Shown piece after piece: positions 37,501-49,205 of a DNA stretch of 64,000 bases. Source of the DNA: Dendrobates tinctorius (lineage: Eukaryota). The stretch spans positions 6,448,001 through 6,512,000 of the forward strand of contig NW_027361804.1 of NCBI RefSeq assembly GCF_039654945.1. The letters run 5' to 3'. The translations under genes were made by a program, and so were the position numbers. Numbering within the stretch: the stretch's first letter is position 1; the number at the start of each line of letters is the position of its first letter. Under the pieces are notes generated by a model. That model ran no database searches and was not told the origin of the DNA. It saw only the letters and a program-made list of their open reading frames with translations.

Positions 37501-37735
37501 CGTGTAGTCTGGGTTGTGGGGTGTAGTCTGGGTTGTCGGGGGGGGGGTGCGGCGTGTAGTCTGGGTTGTCGGGGGGGGGGGTGCGGGGTGTAGTCTGGGT
37601 TGTCGGGGGGGGGGGGTGCGGGGTGTAGTCCGGGTGTGCGGGGGGGGGTGTAGTCTGGGTTGTCGGGGGGGGGGGTGCGGGGTGTAGTCTGGGTTGTCGG
37701 GGGGGGGGGGGGTGCGGGGTGTAGTCCGGGTTGTC
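34540..37735. repeat. 3.2-kb G-rich minisatellite (GGGTTGTCG(n)TGCGGGGTGTAGTCT) upstream of CDKN1B
   Basis: Tandem copies with variable G-run length; explains the long Pro-rich ORFs. Confidence 0.95.
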
Positions 37736-37959
37736 AGGCAGCAGCTGGTGCAGCTTTGTATCGCAGTCCCCAGCAGTTGTCCGGTGATTGCTGGGCGTTG
37801 TGGTCCTGCAGTGATGCTGCAGCCGATCAGCACTGGTTGTGGAGGTGGCAGCGGGTCGTGGGCCTGCTGGCACCTGTGGTTCTCCTCTCCCTGCACAGGA
37901 CCTGCTGAGCCTTGTGGTCCCCGGTTACACTCGGGCGGTTCTGGTCGCCTCATCTCCGC

Positions 37960-38104
37960 CGTTCCACCTTAACCGGGAGGCGTCTGTGCAGCCAATCACC
38001 GGCAGGGGGCGTTTAAATCCCCCCGTCGGGCGCTGGCTTGTCCAGCCGCCATATTGGGCCGCGCAGGATCGCCCGGTGACCCGCTGAGCTGCGTCCTGAG
38101 CCCC
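37960..38104 (+). promoter_or_regulatory. CDKN1B core promoter / 5' UTR
   Basis: CCACCTTAA, CCAAT (37992-37996), GTTTAAAT and CGCCATATTGGGCC, in the same order as recalled for the human p27 promoter. Confidence 0.7.
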
Positions 38105-39647
38105 ATGTCGGGCGTGCACCTGTCCCCGGGCTCTCCGGGTGTGGAGCGGGTGTCTCGGACCCCGGGCTCGCCGCGGCCCCCCGCCCGCCGGTGCTTGTTC
38201 GGGCCGGTGGATCACGAGAGCCTCGCCCGGGAGCTGGCCCGGTGCCGCCGGGAGCTGGAGGACGAGCAGCGGGAGAGATGGAACTTCGATTTCCGAAACG
38301 AACGCCCGCTGGCCGGCGCCCTGAGCTGGGAGGTGGCGGGGCCCGAGACCCCGGACTTCTACCGGCGGGGACCGCACCAGGGACGGAAGAGACGCGGAGA
38401 GCCGGCGGGTGAGAGCAGAGCGACAGGTAAGACGCCCGGCAGGGGGCGGGGCCTCGGCTGTGGGGTCACCTGTCAGGGTGTAAGGGGCGACGCGCAGGAT
38501 CGCACGGAGACGCATCGCGTCCGGAGGTTTCCGTGTTTACACTTTGTGTCCGAACGTTCCATAAACTGCAACAATGTCTCATCATCATCATCATCATCAT
38601 CATCATCAGTGCCGGTAACGGCCGCCGCGCGCGCTGCTGGGGGGGGATTATTTTTTATTTATTTATTGTATCCCATCTCATTCTCTCTTTCTTCCAAATT
38701 CAATACTTCGGGTTTTTTCGCCTCCTCTTGGCCTTTCTATGGTTTTGCTGTTTTCTGTGTTTGTGCAGGATGACACCAATCACTTTATGATACTGTGTAC
38801 AGGAACCTGAAGGGGATAATGAAAAGGAAAATGCAACTCCACCAATTAATAATAATAATAATATTATTCCTTGTGCATTAAAAATGACCTGATAATGGGA
38901 TTCTCCCAGTGAGTCCAATTCCAGCAACATCAAACTGGTATATGTATTATTATTATTTATTATTATTGTTCCTTGTGCTGGTCACCGCTTATTTTTGAAC
39001 AATTTGACCTTTTTTATTACCATTTTAGGTGACGCATTTTGATTCATCTTTGCTGCATTTTTTTATTTTTTGGCGCTACGGGGCAGTTTGTGTGCGGCAA
39101 CAATAATTTGGTTTGGTTTTTTTTTTTTTAGTTCATTTACCGAGTGGGTTAAATAACTTCTATTGATAGACCAGACTTTTATCTTCATGGCAATACTGTT
39201 TATGTTTACACTTTAATTTAAAAATAAAAAAAAATCACTAAAAATGAGGGCGCTCCAATATTTTTTTTTTATAATTAAATTAGAATATAAATATTTCTAT
39301 CTAAATTATTTTTATAATATTTTCAGCTTTTTTTTTTTTATCTTGTGGGGATTAGTAATTGACGTGGTTAAACAGCAGCGATCAGAGCTAGCCCCAGTCT
39401 CTGCTGCATAAGACCGCCGGGCTCGGCTTTATCCAAGGATATGGCTCAGTGGTCACAAATGTGCTGTGGAATAATGAGCCCCTTCATGCGCCATTGTGAT
39501 GTGACCGCAGCTCGCTCTTCTCACCCACAGAACCCCCAACATCCATTCCAAGAATATCCCACCGAACGGAGACTGGAGAAACCGTGGAGGGCAGCTCGAC
39601 CCCGGTCACTTGAGAAGGCTCCGGAGAAGAGCCGACCCAGCACGTAG
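38105..39647 (+). CDS. CDKN1B: Cip/Kip CDK inhibitor, p27Kip1 type; exon 1 38105-38426, exon 2 from 39531 (stop 39611-13) or from 39511 (stop 39645-47)
   Basis: MSGVHLSPGSPGVER (S10-P like), RRCLFGPVDHE, WNFDFRNERPL, PDFY and RKR motifs. Donor 8 nt after the 39647 stop, non-coding exon 3, and paired miR-221/222 sites. Confidence 0.88.
38579..38607. repeat. (CAT)n microsatellite
   Basis: About 9 copies in CDKN1B intron 1. Confidence 0.9.
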
Positions 39648-40339
39648 AGCCTTGGGTACGTACGAGCTGAGACTCTAGCGGTGGTGTAAACGGATACATT
39701 GTAACAAACCCTCAGCTGTGAGAAGTGTTCGGTATGTGCAACATAGAATGCTCCTATTGTTCACCAGTTTCAAGATCACCGCTTGCTGTCACCAAATCGT
39801 ATCGTTCTATTCAGAGGTTTCTGAACTTTTTTCTTAGGCAGCTAATGTTTATGTAAATGAACCTGGGTGCCGCCCCTTTAATGAGTGGGGGGCTCTAGGG
39901 TGCTGACACCTGCACAGCCGCATCATGTCCTACAGAAATACACAATACGACAGATCGCCGGCACTCATCGCACAACACAGTCTGCAGCGAAAAGTTTTTC
40001 ACATTTCTATCAAAGTGTCTGGAAGTCAAAGCTGAAAAACAACATAAACGGAAATTGGGGGAGGTGTCAGGAAGTGGTCGCTGCAGGAACACGACGCTGG
40101 GGACACGGCGTACAGCTGTTTGATAACAAACCAAACCCCCTCCGGCCGTACAATGAGCTGCGGGCGAGAGCGTACTACACAACACGTGTGTCTGATCAGA
40201 GAGTATCTCCATAGTACTAATGTTTACACAGAGGCTGTCACGTGAGAGCGAAAGGGCGATCGCCAGCCCATAACATCACCGCCATGTAGGAAAGAGGGAA
40301 AAAACATCCCATAATATCATTACAAGAGTATAACTAGAA

Positions 40340-43300
40340 CACTGCCCCCTATATACAAGAATACAACTTCTATAATACTGCCCCCTATGTACAAGAATAT
40401 AACTACTATAATACTGCACCTATGTACAAGAATATAACTACTATAATACTGCTCCTATGTACAAGAATATAACTACTATAATACTGTTCCTATGTACAAG
40501 AATATAACTACTATAATACTGCCCCCTATATACAAGAATATAACTACTATAATACTGCCCCCATGTACAAGAATATAACTACTATAATACTGCCCCCTAT
40601 GTACAAGAATATAACTACTATAATACTGCTCCTATGTACAAGAATATAACTATTATAATACTGTTCCTATGTACAAGAATATAACTACTATAATACTGCC
40701 CCCTATATACAAGAATATAACTACTATAATACTGCCCCCTATATACAAGAATATAACTACTATAATACTGCCCCCATGTACAAGAATATAACTACTATAA
40801 TACTGCCCCCTATGTACAAGAATATAACTACTATAATACTGCTCCCTATGTACAAAAATATAACTACTATAATACTGCCCCCTATGTACAAGAATATAAC
40901 TACTATAATACTGCTCCCTATGTACAAGAATATAACTACTATAATACTGCTCCTATGTACAAGAATATAACTACTATAATACTGCCCCCTATATACAAGA
41001 ATATAACTACTATAATACTGCCCCCATGTACAAGAATATAACTACTATAATACTGCCCCCTATGTACAAGAATATAACTACTATAATACTGCCCCCTATG
41101 TACAAGAATATAACTACTATAATACTGCTCCTATGTACAAGAATATAACTACTATAATACTGTTCCTATGTACAAGAATATAACTACTATAATACTGCTC
41201 CCCTATATACAAGAATATAACTACTATAATACTGCCCCCTATGTACAAGAATATAACTACTATAATACTGCTCCCTATGTACAAGAATATAACTACTATA
41301 ATACTGCCCCTATGTACAAGAATATAACTACTATATTACTGCTCCTATGAACAAGAATATAACTACTATAATACTGCCCCCTATGTACAAGAATATAACT
41401 ACTATATTACTGCTCCTATGAACAGGAATATAACTACTATAATACTGCCCCTATGTACAAGAATATAACTACTATATTACTGCTCCTATGAACAAGAATA
41501 TAACTACAATACTGCTCCTATGTACAAGAATATAACTACTATAATACTGCCCCCTATTGTACAAGAATATAACTACTATAATACTGCTCCTATGTACAAG
41601 AATATAACTACTATAATACTGCCCTCTATGTACAAGAATATAACTACTATAATACTGCTCCGATGTACAAGAATATAACTACTATAATACTGCTCCTATA
41701 GACAAGAATATAACTACTATAATACTGCTCCTATGTACAAGAATATAACTACTATAATACTACTGCTATGAACAAGAATATAACTACTATAATACTGCCC
41801 CTATGTACAAGAATATAACTACTATAATACTGCTCCTATGTACAAGAATATAACTACTATAATACTACTGCTATGAACAAGAATATAACTACTATAATAC
41901 TGCCCCTATGTACAAGAATATAACTACTATAATACTGCCCTCTATGTACAAGAATATAACTACTATAATACTGCTCCTATAGACAAGAATATAACTACTA
42001 TAATACTGCTCCTATGTACAAGAATATAACTACTATAATACTACTGCTATGAACAGGAATATAACTACTATAATACTGCCCCTATGTATAAGAATATAAC
42101 TACTATAAGGCTATGTGCACACGTAGCGTTTTAAAACGCTTACTAAAAACCGGACTCCTTCCCAGAAATCGCACGTTTTTTTCCGCGCGATTTCACCGCG
42201 ATTTTACTGCGAATATGATCGCGATTTTTGCGTGTGATATTCAAGCACTTTCCAAGAGTTTTGAAGCATCGCATGGAAAGTGATTGACAGGTTGGTCACA
42301 TTCGTCAAACATAGTGTTTGACAAGTGTGACCAGGCTTTTACTATTGAGGCGGCCTATGCGGCCACAATAGTAAAAGATAGGATGTTAAAATGCTAAAAA
42401 AAAATAAAAAAATCGGGGTATATTTACCTTCCGGCGTCCCGCGCTGCCATCCCGGGCTCAGCGTTCCCAGTAATGCCTTGCGAGACCTGTGATGACGTAG
42501 TCTCGCGTTGCTATAGCGATCTCACGAGACCACGTCATCACAGGACCTTGCCGCAAGGCATTACTGGGAACGCTTAGGCTGGGAATGCATCGCGGGACGC
42601 CGGAAGGTAAATATACCCCGATTTTTTATTTTTTATTCTTTTTTTACAGGGGTATGGTACCCAGGGCTTGGAGGACAGTCTCCTCTCCTCCACACCGTGG
42701 GTACCAACCGCACATGAGACGCTTAACTTCCCGCATGGTGGGCATAGCCACATGCGGGAAGTAAGCGATTCTCATGCATTCCTATGGGTGCGGAATCGCG
42801 GCAATTCTTTGCGATTCCGCACAAAGAATGAGCATGCTGCGATTTTTTCCGCGATGCGATTCCGCCGCGGAAAAAAGCGCAGCATTAGCACAGCATGTGC
42901 GGAATCCCATAGGAATGCATGGGGGGCGTTCTGTACACGATTTTTAAGCATTTTCGTGCCGAAAATCGCGGCAAAAACGCTTAAAAATCGCTACGTGTGC
43001 ACACAGCCTAATACTGCCCCTATGTAGAAGACTATAACTACCATAATACTGCCCCCTATTGTACAAGAATATAACTACTATAATACTGCTCCTATGTACA
43101 AGAATATAACTACTATAATACTGCCTCCTATGTACAAGAATATAACTACTATAATACTGCCCCCTATTGTACAAGAATATAACTACTATAATACTGCCCC
43201 CTATTGTACAAGAATATAACTACTATAATACTGCTCCTATGTACAAGAATATAACTACTATAATACTGCTCCCTATATACAAGAATATAACTACTATAAT

Positions 43301-43985
43301 ACTGCTCCCTATATACAAGAATATAACTACTATAATACTGCTCCCTATATACAAGAATATAACTACTATAATACTGCTCCCTATATACAAGAATATAACT
43401 ACTATAATACTGCCTCCTATGTACAAGAATATAACTACTATAATACTGCTCCTGTGTACAAGAATATAACTACTATAATACTGCCCCCTATTGTACAAGA
43501 ATATAACTACTATAATACTGCCCCCTATTGTACAAGAATATTACTATAATACTGCTCCTATATACAAGAATATAACTACTATAATACTGCTCCTATGTAC
43601 AAGAATATAACTACTATAATACTGCTCCCTATGTACAAGAATATAACTACTATAATACTGCTCCTATATACAAGAATATATCTACTATAATACTGCCCCT
43701 ATATACAAGAATATAACTACTATAATACTGCCCCTATATACAAGAATATAACTACTATAATACTGCCCCTATTGTACAAGAATATAACTACTATAATACT
43801 GCCCCTATGTACAAGAATATAACTACTATAATACTGCCCCTATGTACAAGAATATAACTACTATAATACTGCTCCTATGTACAAGAATATAACTACTATA
43901 ATACTGCCCCTATTGTACAAGAATATAACTACTATAATACTGCCCCCTATTGTACAAAAATATAACTACTATAATACTGCCCCTA
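40340..43985. repeat. 35-37-bp AT-rich satellite (TATGTACAAGAATATAACTACTATAATACTGCCCC) in CDKN1B intron 2
   Basis: Tandem copies, split by a MITE at 42109-43008. Confidence 0.96.
42109..43008. mobile_element. PIF/Harbinger-type MITE with an internal palindrome
   Basis: TAA duplication (42106-08, 43009-11); TIR GGCTATGTGCACACGTAGCG / CGCTACGTGTGCACACAGCC; internal inverted repeat at ~42400-42635. Confidence 0.9.
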
Positions 43986-44115
43986 TGGACTTGTATATAG
44001 ACCAGCTCAGGTGTTGGCTTGTGTTCAGTACTTTCCCGGTGTTCTCGGCCTTTATGATGTATGTTATGTGTCCGGTGTGTTTGTGGCGCTCCTGACTCCT
44101 CTCTTTCCCCCACAG

Positions 44116-45930
44116 GTACCAGGCTCCCCTTCCTCCAGTGTTGGCTGACTTCTGCCCACTCAGCCCGTGGACTCTGTCACTGGTGGGAGAATCCTGCAAA
44201 GCACTGATACAGAGTAACACTAATTACCCCGGGCATGACATGTAGCATTGTGCCACAAAGCACCTTGGTCTTCTCTTACACCTGTGTGCTCGCTGTCGCC
44301 CCCTTGTGTAGCACATAAAACTTTTTTAGAGAGGGACGATGTGCGCAACGGGTGCACCCTGATCCGAGTGAAGAGAAGCGTTGGAGCTCGCACACGAGGT
44401 CACCCAGTGATCTGCGAATTCTTCTACAACTCCAGGTCTGCAGCACGTTTTTGGGTTTTTCTTTGGGGAGCGAGGGAGGTCCATGAGCATCTACAATCCT
44501 CGTCTACAGCATCGTCTCTAAATCTTAGGCCATGGATATGTTTTGTTTTTTTTCTTTTTGGCGCCACCTACAGACTGTATATGATTCTGCGCACTTGCGA
44601 AGAACAAACATTTGAGCGATCTCTCATTAAATTTTCAATGAGGCCTTTTATTATTTGACTTAAATCATTTTTTTTAATAGTTTTATTTTTAAAGAATGTT
44701 AGAAAACTAAATTTTTTTTTTTTTTTTTTTAAGATTCCAAAAATAACACAAAAACCGAATAAAAGTCATTTTCTCATAATACAGAAATACCTTAAAAAGA
44801 AAAAAAATTATACATATTATTTTTTGGTTTATATGAAGAAGAGAAGAATGCGGCTCTCCCCTCCCCCACACATTAATTTTCTTTGTGGTCAGACCTGGCG
44901 TTGCTAGAAGACGGCTCCACAGTATTTTTTTATTTTTTTTTTATTTTTGTATTACTTTTTTTTTTATCTTCTGTAAATACAAAAATATCTATTTTTTAAT
45001 TTGTAATAATGTTTAAAATTTGAGAAAAGTAAAAAAAAAGTTCTGATTTTTGTGTACACTGGCCACATGCTGTGTGAAGAAAAAAAAATAATTGGTTCTA
45101 AGCTTTATATATATATATTTTTTTCTTCTTTTATGCAACCATCATATTTCCGTTATTCTGGTGTAGAAAAAAATATAAAATTACGTCCGGATAGTAGAAT
45201 ACGACATTTTTCATTCTCTGGCTGTCAGCAGGTCAGGAGTTAATAATGAGAGATATATAATTTTTTTGATTTAAANNNNNNNNNNNNNNNNNNNNNNNNN
45301 NNNNNNNNNNNNNNNNNNNNNNNNNNNNNNNNNNNNNNNNNNNNNNNNNNNNNNNNNNNNNNNNNNNNNNNNNNNNNNNNNNNNNNNNNNNNNNNNNNNN
45401 NNNNNNNNNNNNNNNNNNNNTGCCTTATAATGTACCAGTAATGCACTTCCCGGGCTCCGGATCCAGCTGTGCCCGGCAATATTAACCCCTTATTCTCGCC
45501 GCTGCCGCTTGTGCGTGGTGTCTATATGTAGCAAACCCCCTTGGTGACCAATGTTGAGGTGTGTATGTGAAGTGCTGTGTAAAGACACTGAAACCTTTTT
45601 ACTAACTTATTTATGTTTTTAAAAGAAAACATTTTTTGTTTAATCTAGAATTTTTTTTTTAATTTTTTTTCCAAAAAAAAAAAAAAAAGCCAAAGCGGCA
45701 GATTTTGAGCATCTGTAAATGCTGTTTATAATTTTTTCTTTTTCGTTGTAGCAGGAATTTTTTTTTTTTTGTGATAAATTGGCTGTAAAAATAAAAAGAT
45801 TGCAGACTGAGCCAGAGGCCTGATGAGAAATTTTATTTTTTTTTATGTACGTGTGAAAAAAACGTTATTTCTATTCTGATGTCATGCAATCCTAAAAAAA
45901 AAAAAATAATAAATTCATGCACAAAAGAAA
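44116..45930 (+). other. CDKN1B: CDKN1B non-coding exon 3 (3' UTR)
   Basis: Acceptor CTTTCCCCCACAG at 44115; miR-221/222 sites at 44240-47 and 44307-13; Pumilio element TGTAAATA at 44972; AATAAA at 44758, 45790 and 45908. The 3' end is uncertain. Confidence 0.7.
45276..45420. other. Assembly gap (N run)
   Basis: 145 N bases. Confidence 1.
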
Positions 45931-46089
45931 TGGAAGTGTGTTCTTATTTTGTCACTTGACCTTGGTCTGCTAAATCTGATTAATAGTGCAGAACTGGATG
46001 TTGTGGATGCACTTATGAAGGCTTGGTGGCTGCCGCCTCAGTCTGTGGGGTCTCTTCATCTCTCACTGCCCTATTAACAAGATTTTTGT

Positions 46090-47410
46090 AAAAGTGGATT
46101 TGTCACTTGCCATAAATGTTATTTTTTTTACATGGTGTAAATGCCGCTGTTCTCCTGAATCTGGCGCTGGTTTTCTTTTGTTTTTGTGCCTTTCTGTTCA
46201 GGAGATATGGTCCTTTCTTTCCTGTATAGAAATGTAGTATTTTTATAAGTGGGCGTGGTTATCAAGAAGTCACCCGCGGAGAGAAGTTAATGACCACGCC
46301 CCCAAGGAGCAGAAAGACATTTATACATCGGGAAGAGAGGGCCATATCTCAGGAGCGGAGAGGAGCAGAAACAAAAGTAAAACGTCACCGGATTCAGGAG
46401 AACAGCGGCTTTTCCAATAGCCAAATAAACTATGTATTTATGGTAAGTGACCAGCACCCTTTAAATGGAGAGCCCCTTTAAGTAGGGAGACATTCTTTAC
46501 ATGAGTTGGTGAAATTCCTGGAATTGGCTCCTACTACACAGAAGATGATGAGGCGATGATCCAGGGATTTGGGGTAACCTCATTTAGGTGAATTAGGTAT
46601 ACAATCTGATTGCAGATAGCACTTGTGTATTTTGCTAAAAACAAGTTTTCTTAATCTGATGTAAATGCCGCTGTTCTCCTGAATCCGACACTGTTTTCCT
46701 TGTGTTTCTTTGCCTTTCTATTCCTGAGATATGGCCCTGTCTTCATTGTACATAAATGTGGGCGTGGTTATAAAGAAATCCACAAAAGCAATTAATAACC
46801 ACGCCCCCGAGGAGCAGGGCTGCATTTATATACAGGGCAGAGAAGCTTATATCTCAGGAACAGAGAGGAGCAGGCACAAAAGAAAAACAGCGCCGGATTC
46901 AGGAGAACAGCAGCATTTACACCAGGGGACAAAAAATAATGTATATATTTATGTTAAAGTGACAGGCACTTTTGAAATGCAGAGCCCCTCTAAGTAGGGA
47001 GAAATTCCTGGAAGTAGCTCCTGCTACAAAGATGAAGATGAGGCGATGATCCAAGGCTCCACTAAGGAATTTTTGGCTAACCTTACTTAGAAAAGTTACA
47101 TATACAATCTGCTCGTAGTTAATGGAGGCCTGTTACTTGCCATAAATTTTATTTTTGGGGTGCAAATTCTTTTTTGTTCCTGCGCCTCTCTCTGTTGCTG
47201 AGAAATTGCTTCCTTTTTTTTTCCTGTACATAAATCTAGTTCTTTTATCTAGCTAGGCGTGGTCTTCAAGAAAACGCCCATAGATAAAATAAAGACCACG
47301 CCCAATTGGCTAATTTTTTTAAAACTAGATTTATATAAAAGGAACGGAGAGGAGTAGGAACAAAAGAAAGATGACTCCAGATTGAGGAGGTTAGCGGAGT
47401 TTACACTGTC
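46090..47410. mobile_element. Three tandem diverged copies of a palindromic MITE, with flanking sequence co-duplicated
   Basis: GCCGCTGTTCTCCTGAATC...GGGCGTGGTTAT / ACCACGCCC...GATTCAGGAGAACAGC arms repeat about every 520 bp. Confidence 0.7.
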
Positions 47411-48559
47411 CTTAATCACTGACATTCTGTTTTAAAGGGATTTTCTTTCATAGAAATACAAAAATCTGATAACTGAGCAACAGCCGGGAAACCTCATCTT
47501 AGACGTGTTCCATCTTCTCTCCTAAGCGAATTCTGGGAACACAGAGACTCGCTGTCGTGCCGAGTGGCAGAGGAATCCTGCTGCAGTCAGTCACCGCACC
47601 GCCAGGTCAGAATGGGGAGGACCGGCCGATCCTCCGCGACCACTCATGGTCTCGGCTTCAAGTATTAATCAGATTTTTACTATCGATTCATTTTTACAGA
47701 GGGTTCATCGCTGATGGTAACTTTTTTCATGAAAATAAACAAAGGGGTGGGGCTCTTATTATTCAGGGGTGGGGCAAACTTTTGCAGACTAGATTGGGCA
47801 AAAAAATAACATTTCTCTAAATCAGTAGCATTGGTCTGTAGATCTTGGCCAACTTTCTTCTACCTTGGGCACAAATTGGTCTAAAGGAGAAGCAGCAGCC
47901 GGCTTCTATTCTTCGTGTGCTCTAGTCACATCCAAAGCTGCAGTCACTACTCTTGGCCTTCAAGACAAACATTTGTGTACAGGGATTCTCGCCCAGATTA
48001 AGGTTTTCAGTAAATGGGGTAAATGCCGCTGCGGACGTGCAGCAGAGATGTGGCCGTGTTGGTTATCACCCTGATTTCCCAACAACCACGTAGGAACCGA
48101 GGAATCAGATTCTGCTGTGAGACTCGGAATCATCTGAAAATTCCAAATAATGGGTTTTCAGTTTCCTCCTTTCTATGATTACGTGGTGGGATCCCGAATG
48201 TGACCTCTCCACCCGCTGATCACTATTTGGCATCCGTATTTGTAACCAGAACACAAGAATTCCTACAACTTCTACATTTTGGACCCACGCCAATATTTGG
48301 CACATGAAAGCCACGGCACAGGTCTAAGGGGCTAACTAGCACAAATTCTTACTCCTCCATATTCCGGTTGTTTTTCAGTATTTTTTTTTTTCATTAATTG
48401 ATTGGCAGGACCAGGAACCAATGAGAAAAGAAGACAGGGGAGGGGCCTGAGGTTACAAGTGAAGCAAAGAGGGGGCGGGACTAAGACTTAAGGTGGAAAC
48501 TTGCAATTGAGTAATGCTTCTCTGGTCACGTTAGCTCAGTCCACACATGTACGACACTA

Positions 48560-49205
48560 TGTATATATACACAACACAGCACCATTCCTCCTGTATATAC
48601 ACCGCACAGTACCACTCCTCCTGTATATATACACTGCACAGTACCACTCCTCTATATATACACTGCACCGTACCACTCCTCCTGTATATATACACTGCAC
48701 AGTACCACTTCTGTATATATACACTACACAGTACCACTCCTCCTGTATATATACACTGCACAGTACCCCTCCTCCTGTATATATACACTACACAGTACCA
48801 CTCCTCCTGTATATATACACTGCACAGTAACACTCCTCTTGTATATATACACTGCACAGTACCACTCCTCTATATATACACTGCACAGTACCACTCCTGT
48901 ATATATACTGCACAGTACCACTCCTGTATATATACTGCACAGTACCACTCCTCTATATATCCACTGCACAGTACCACTCCTGTATATATACACTACACAG
49001 TACCACTCCTCCTGTATATATACACTGCACAGTACCACTCCTCCTCTATATATACACTGCACAGTACCACTCCTGTATATATACACTGCACAGTACCACT
49101 CCTCCTGTATATATACACTGCACAGTACCACTCCTCCTGTATATATACACTACACAGTACCACTCCTCCTGTATATATACACTGCACAGTACCACTCCTC
49201 CTGTA
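48560..49205. repeat. 32-bp minisatellite (TATATATACACTGCACAGTACCACTCCTCCTG), left part
   Basis: Tandem copies; same unit as 53330-56035. Confidence 0.93.

Noticed and set aside
34828-37953. 1041-aa and 704-aa Pro-rich ORFs resembling extensin or mucin
   Set aside because: Reverse translation of the G-rich tandem array; frames are set by variable G-runs.
38054-38773. The 239-aa single-exon ORF, or assignment as CDKN1C or CDKN1A
   Set aside because: The ORF reads through the donor at 38427 into intron sequence. The N-terminus, promoter motifs and miR-221/222 sites indicate CDKN1B, and no PCNA-binding PIP box is seen.
40340-43985. Regular ~36-bp repeats suggesting a CRISPR array
   Set aside because: Head-to-tail units without unique spacers, no cas genes, vertebrate context.
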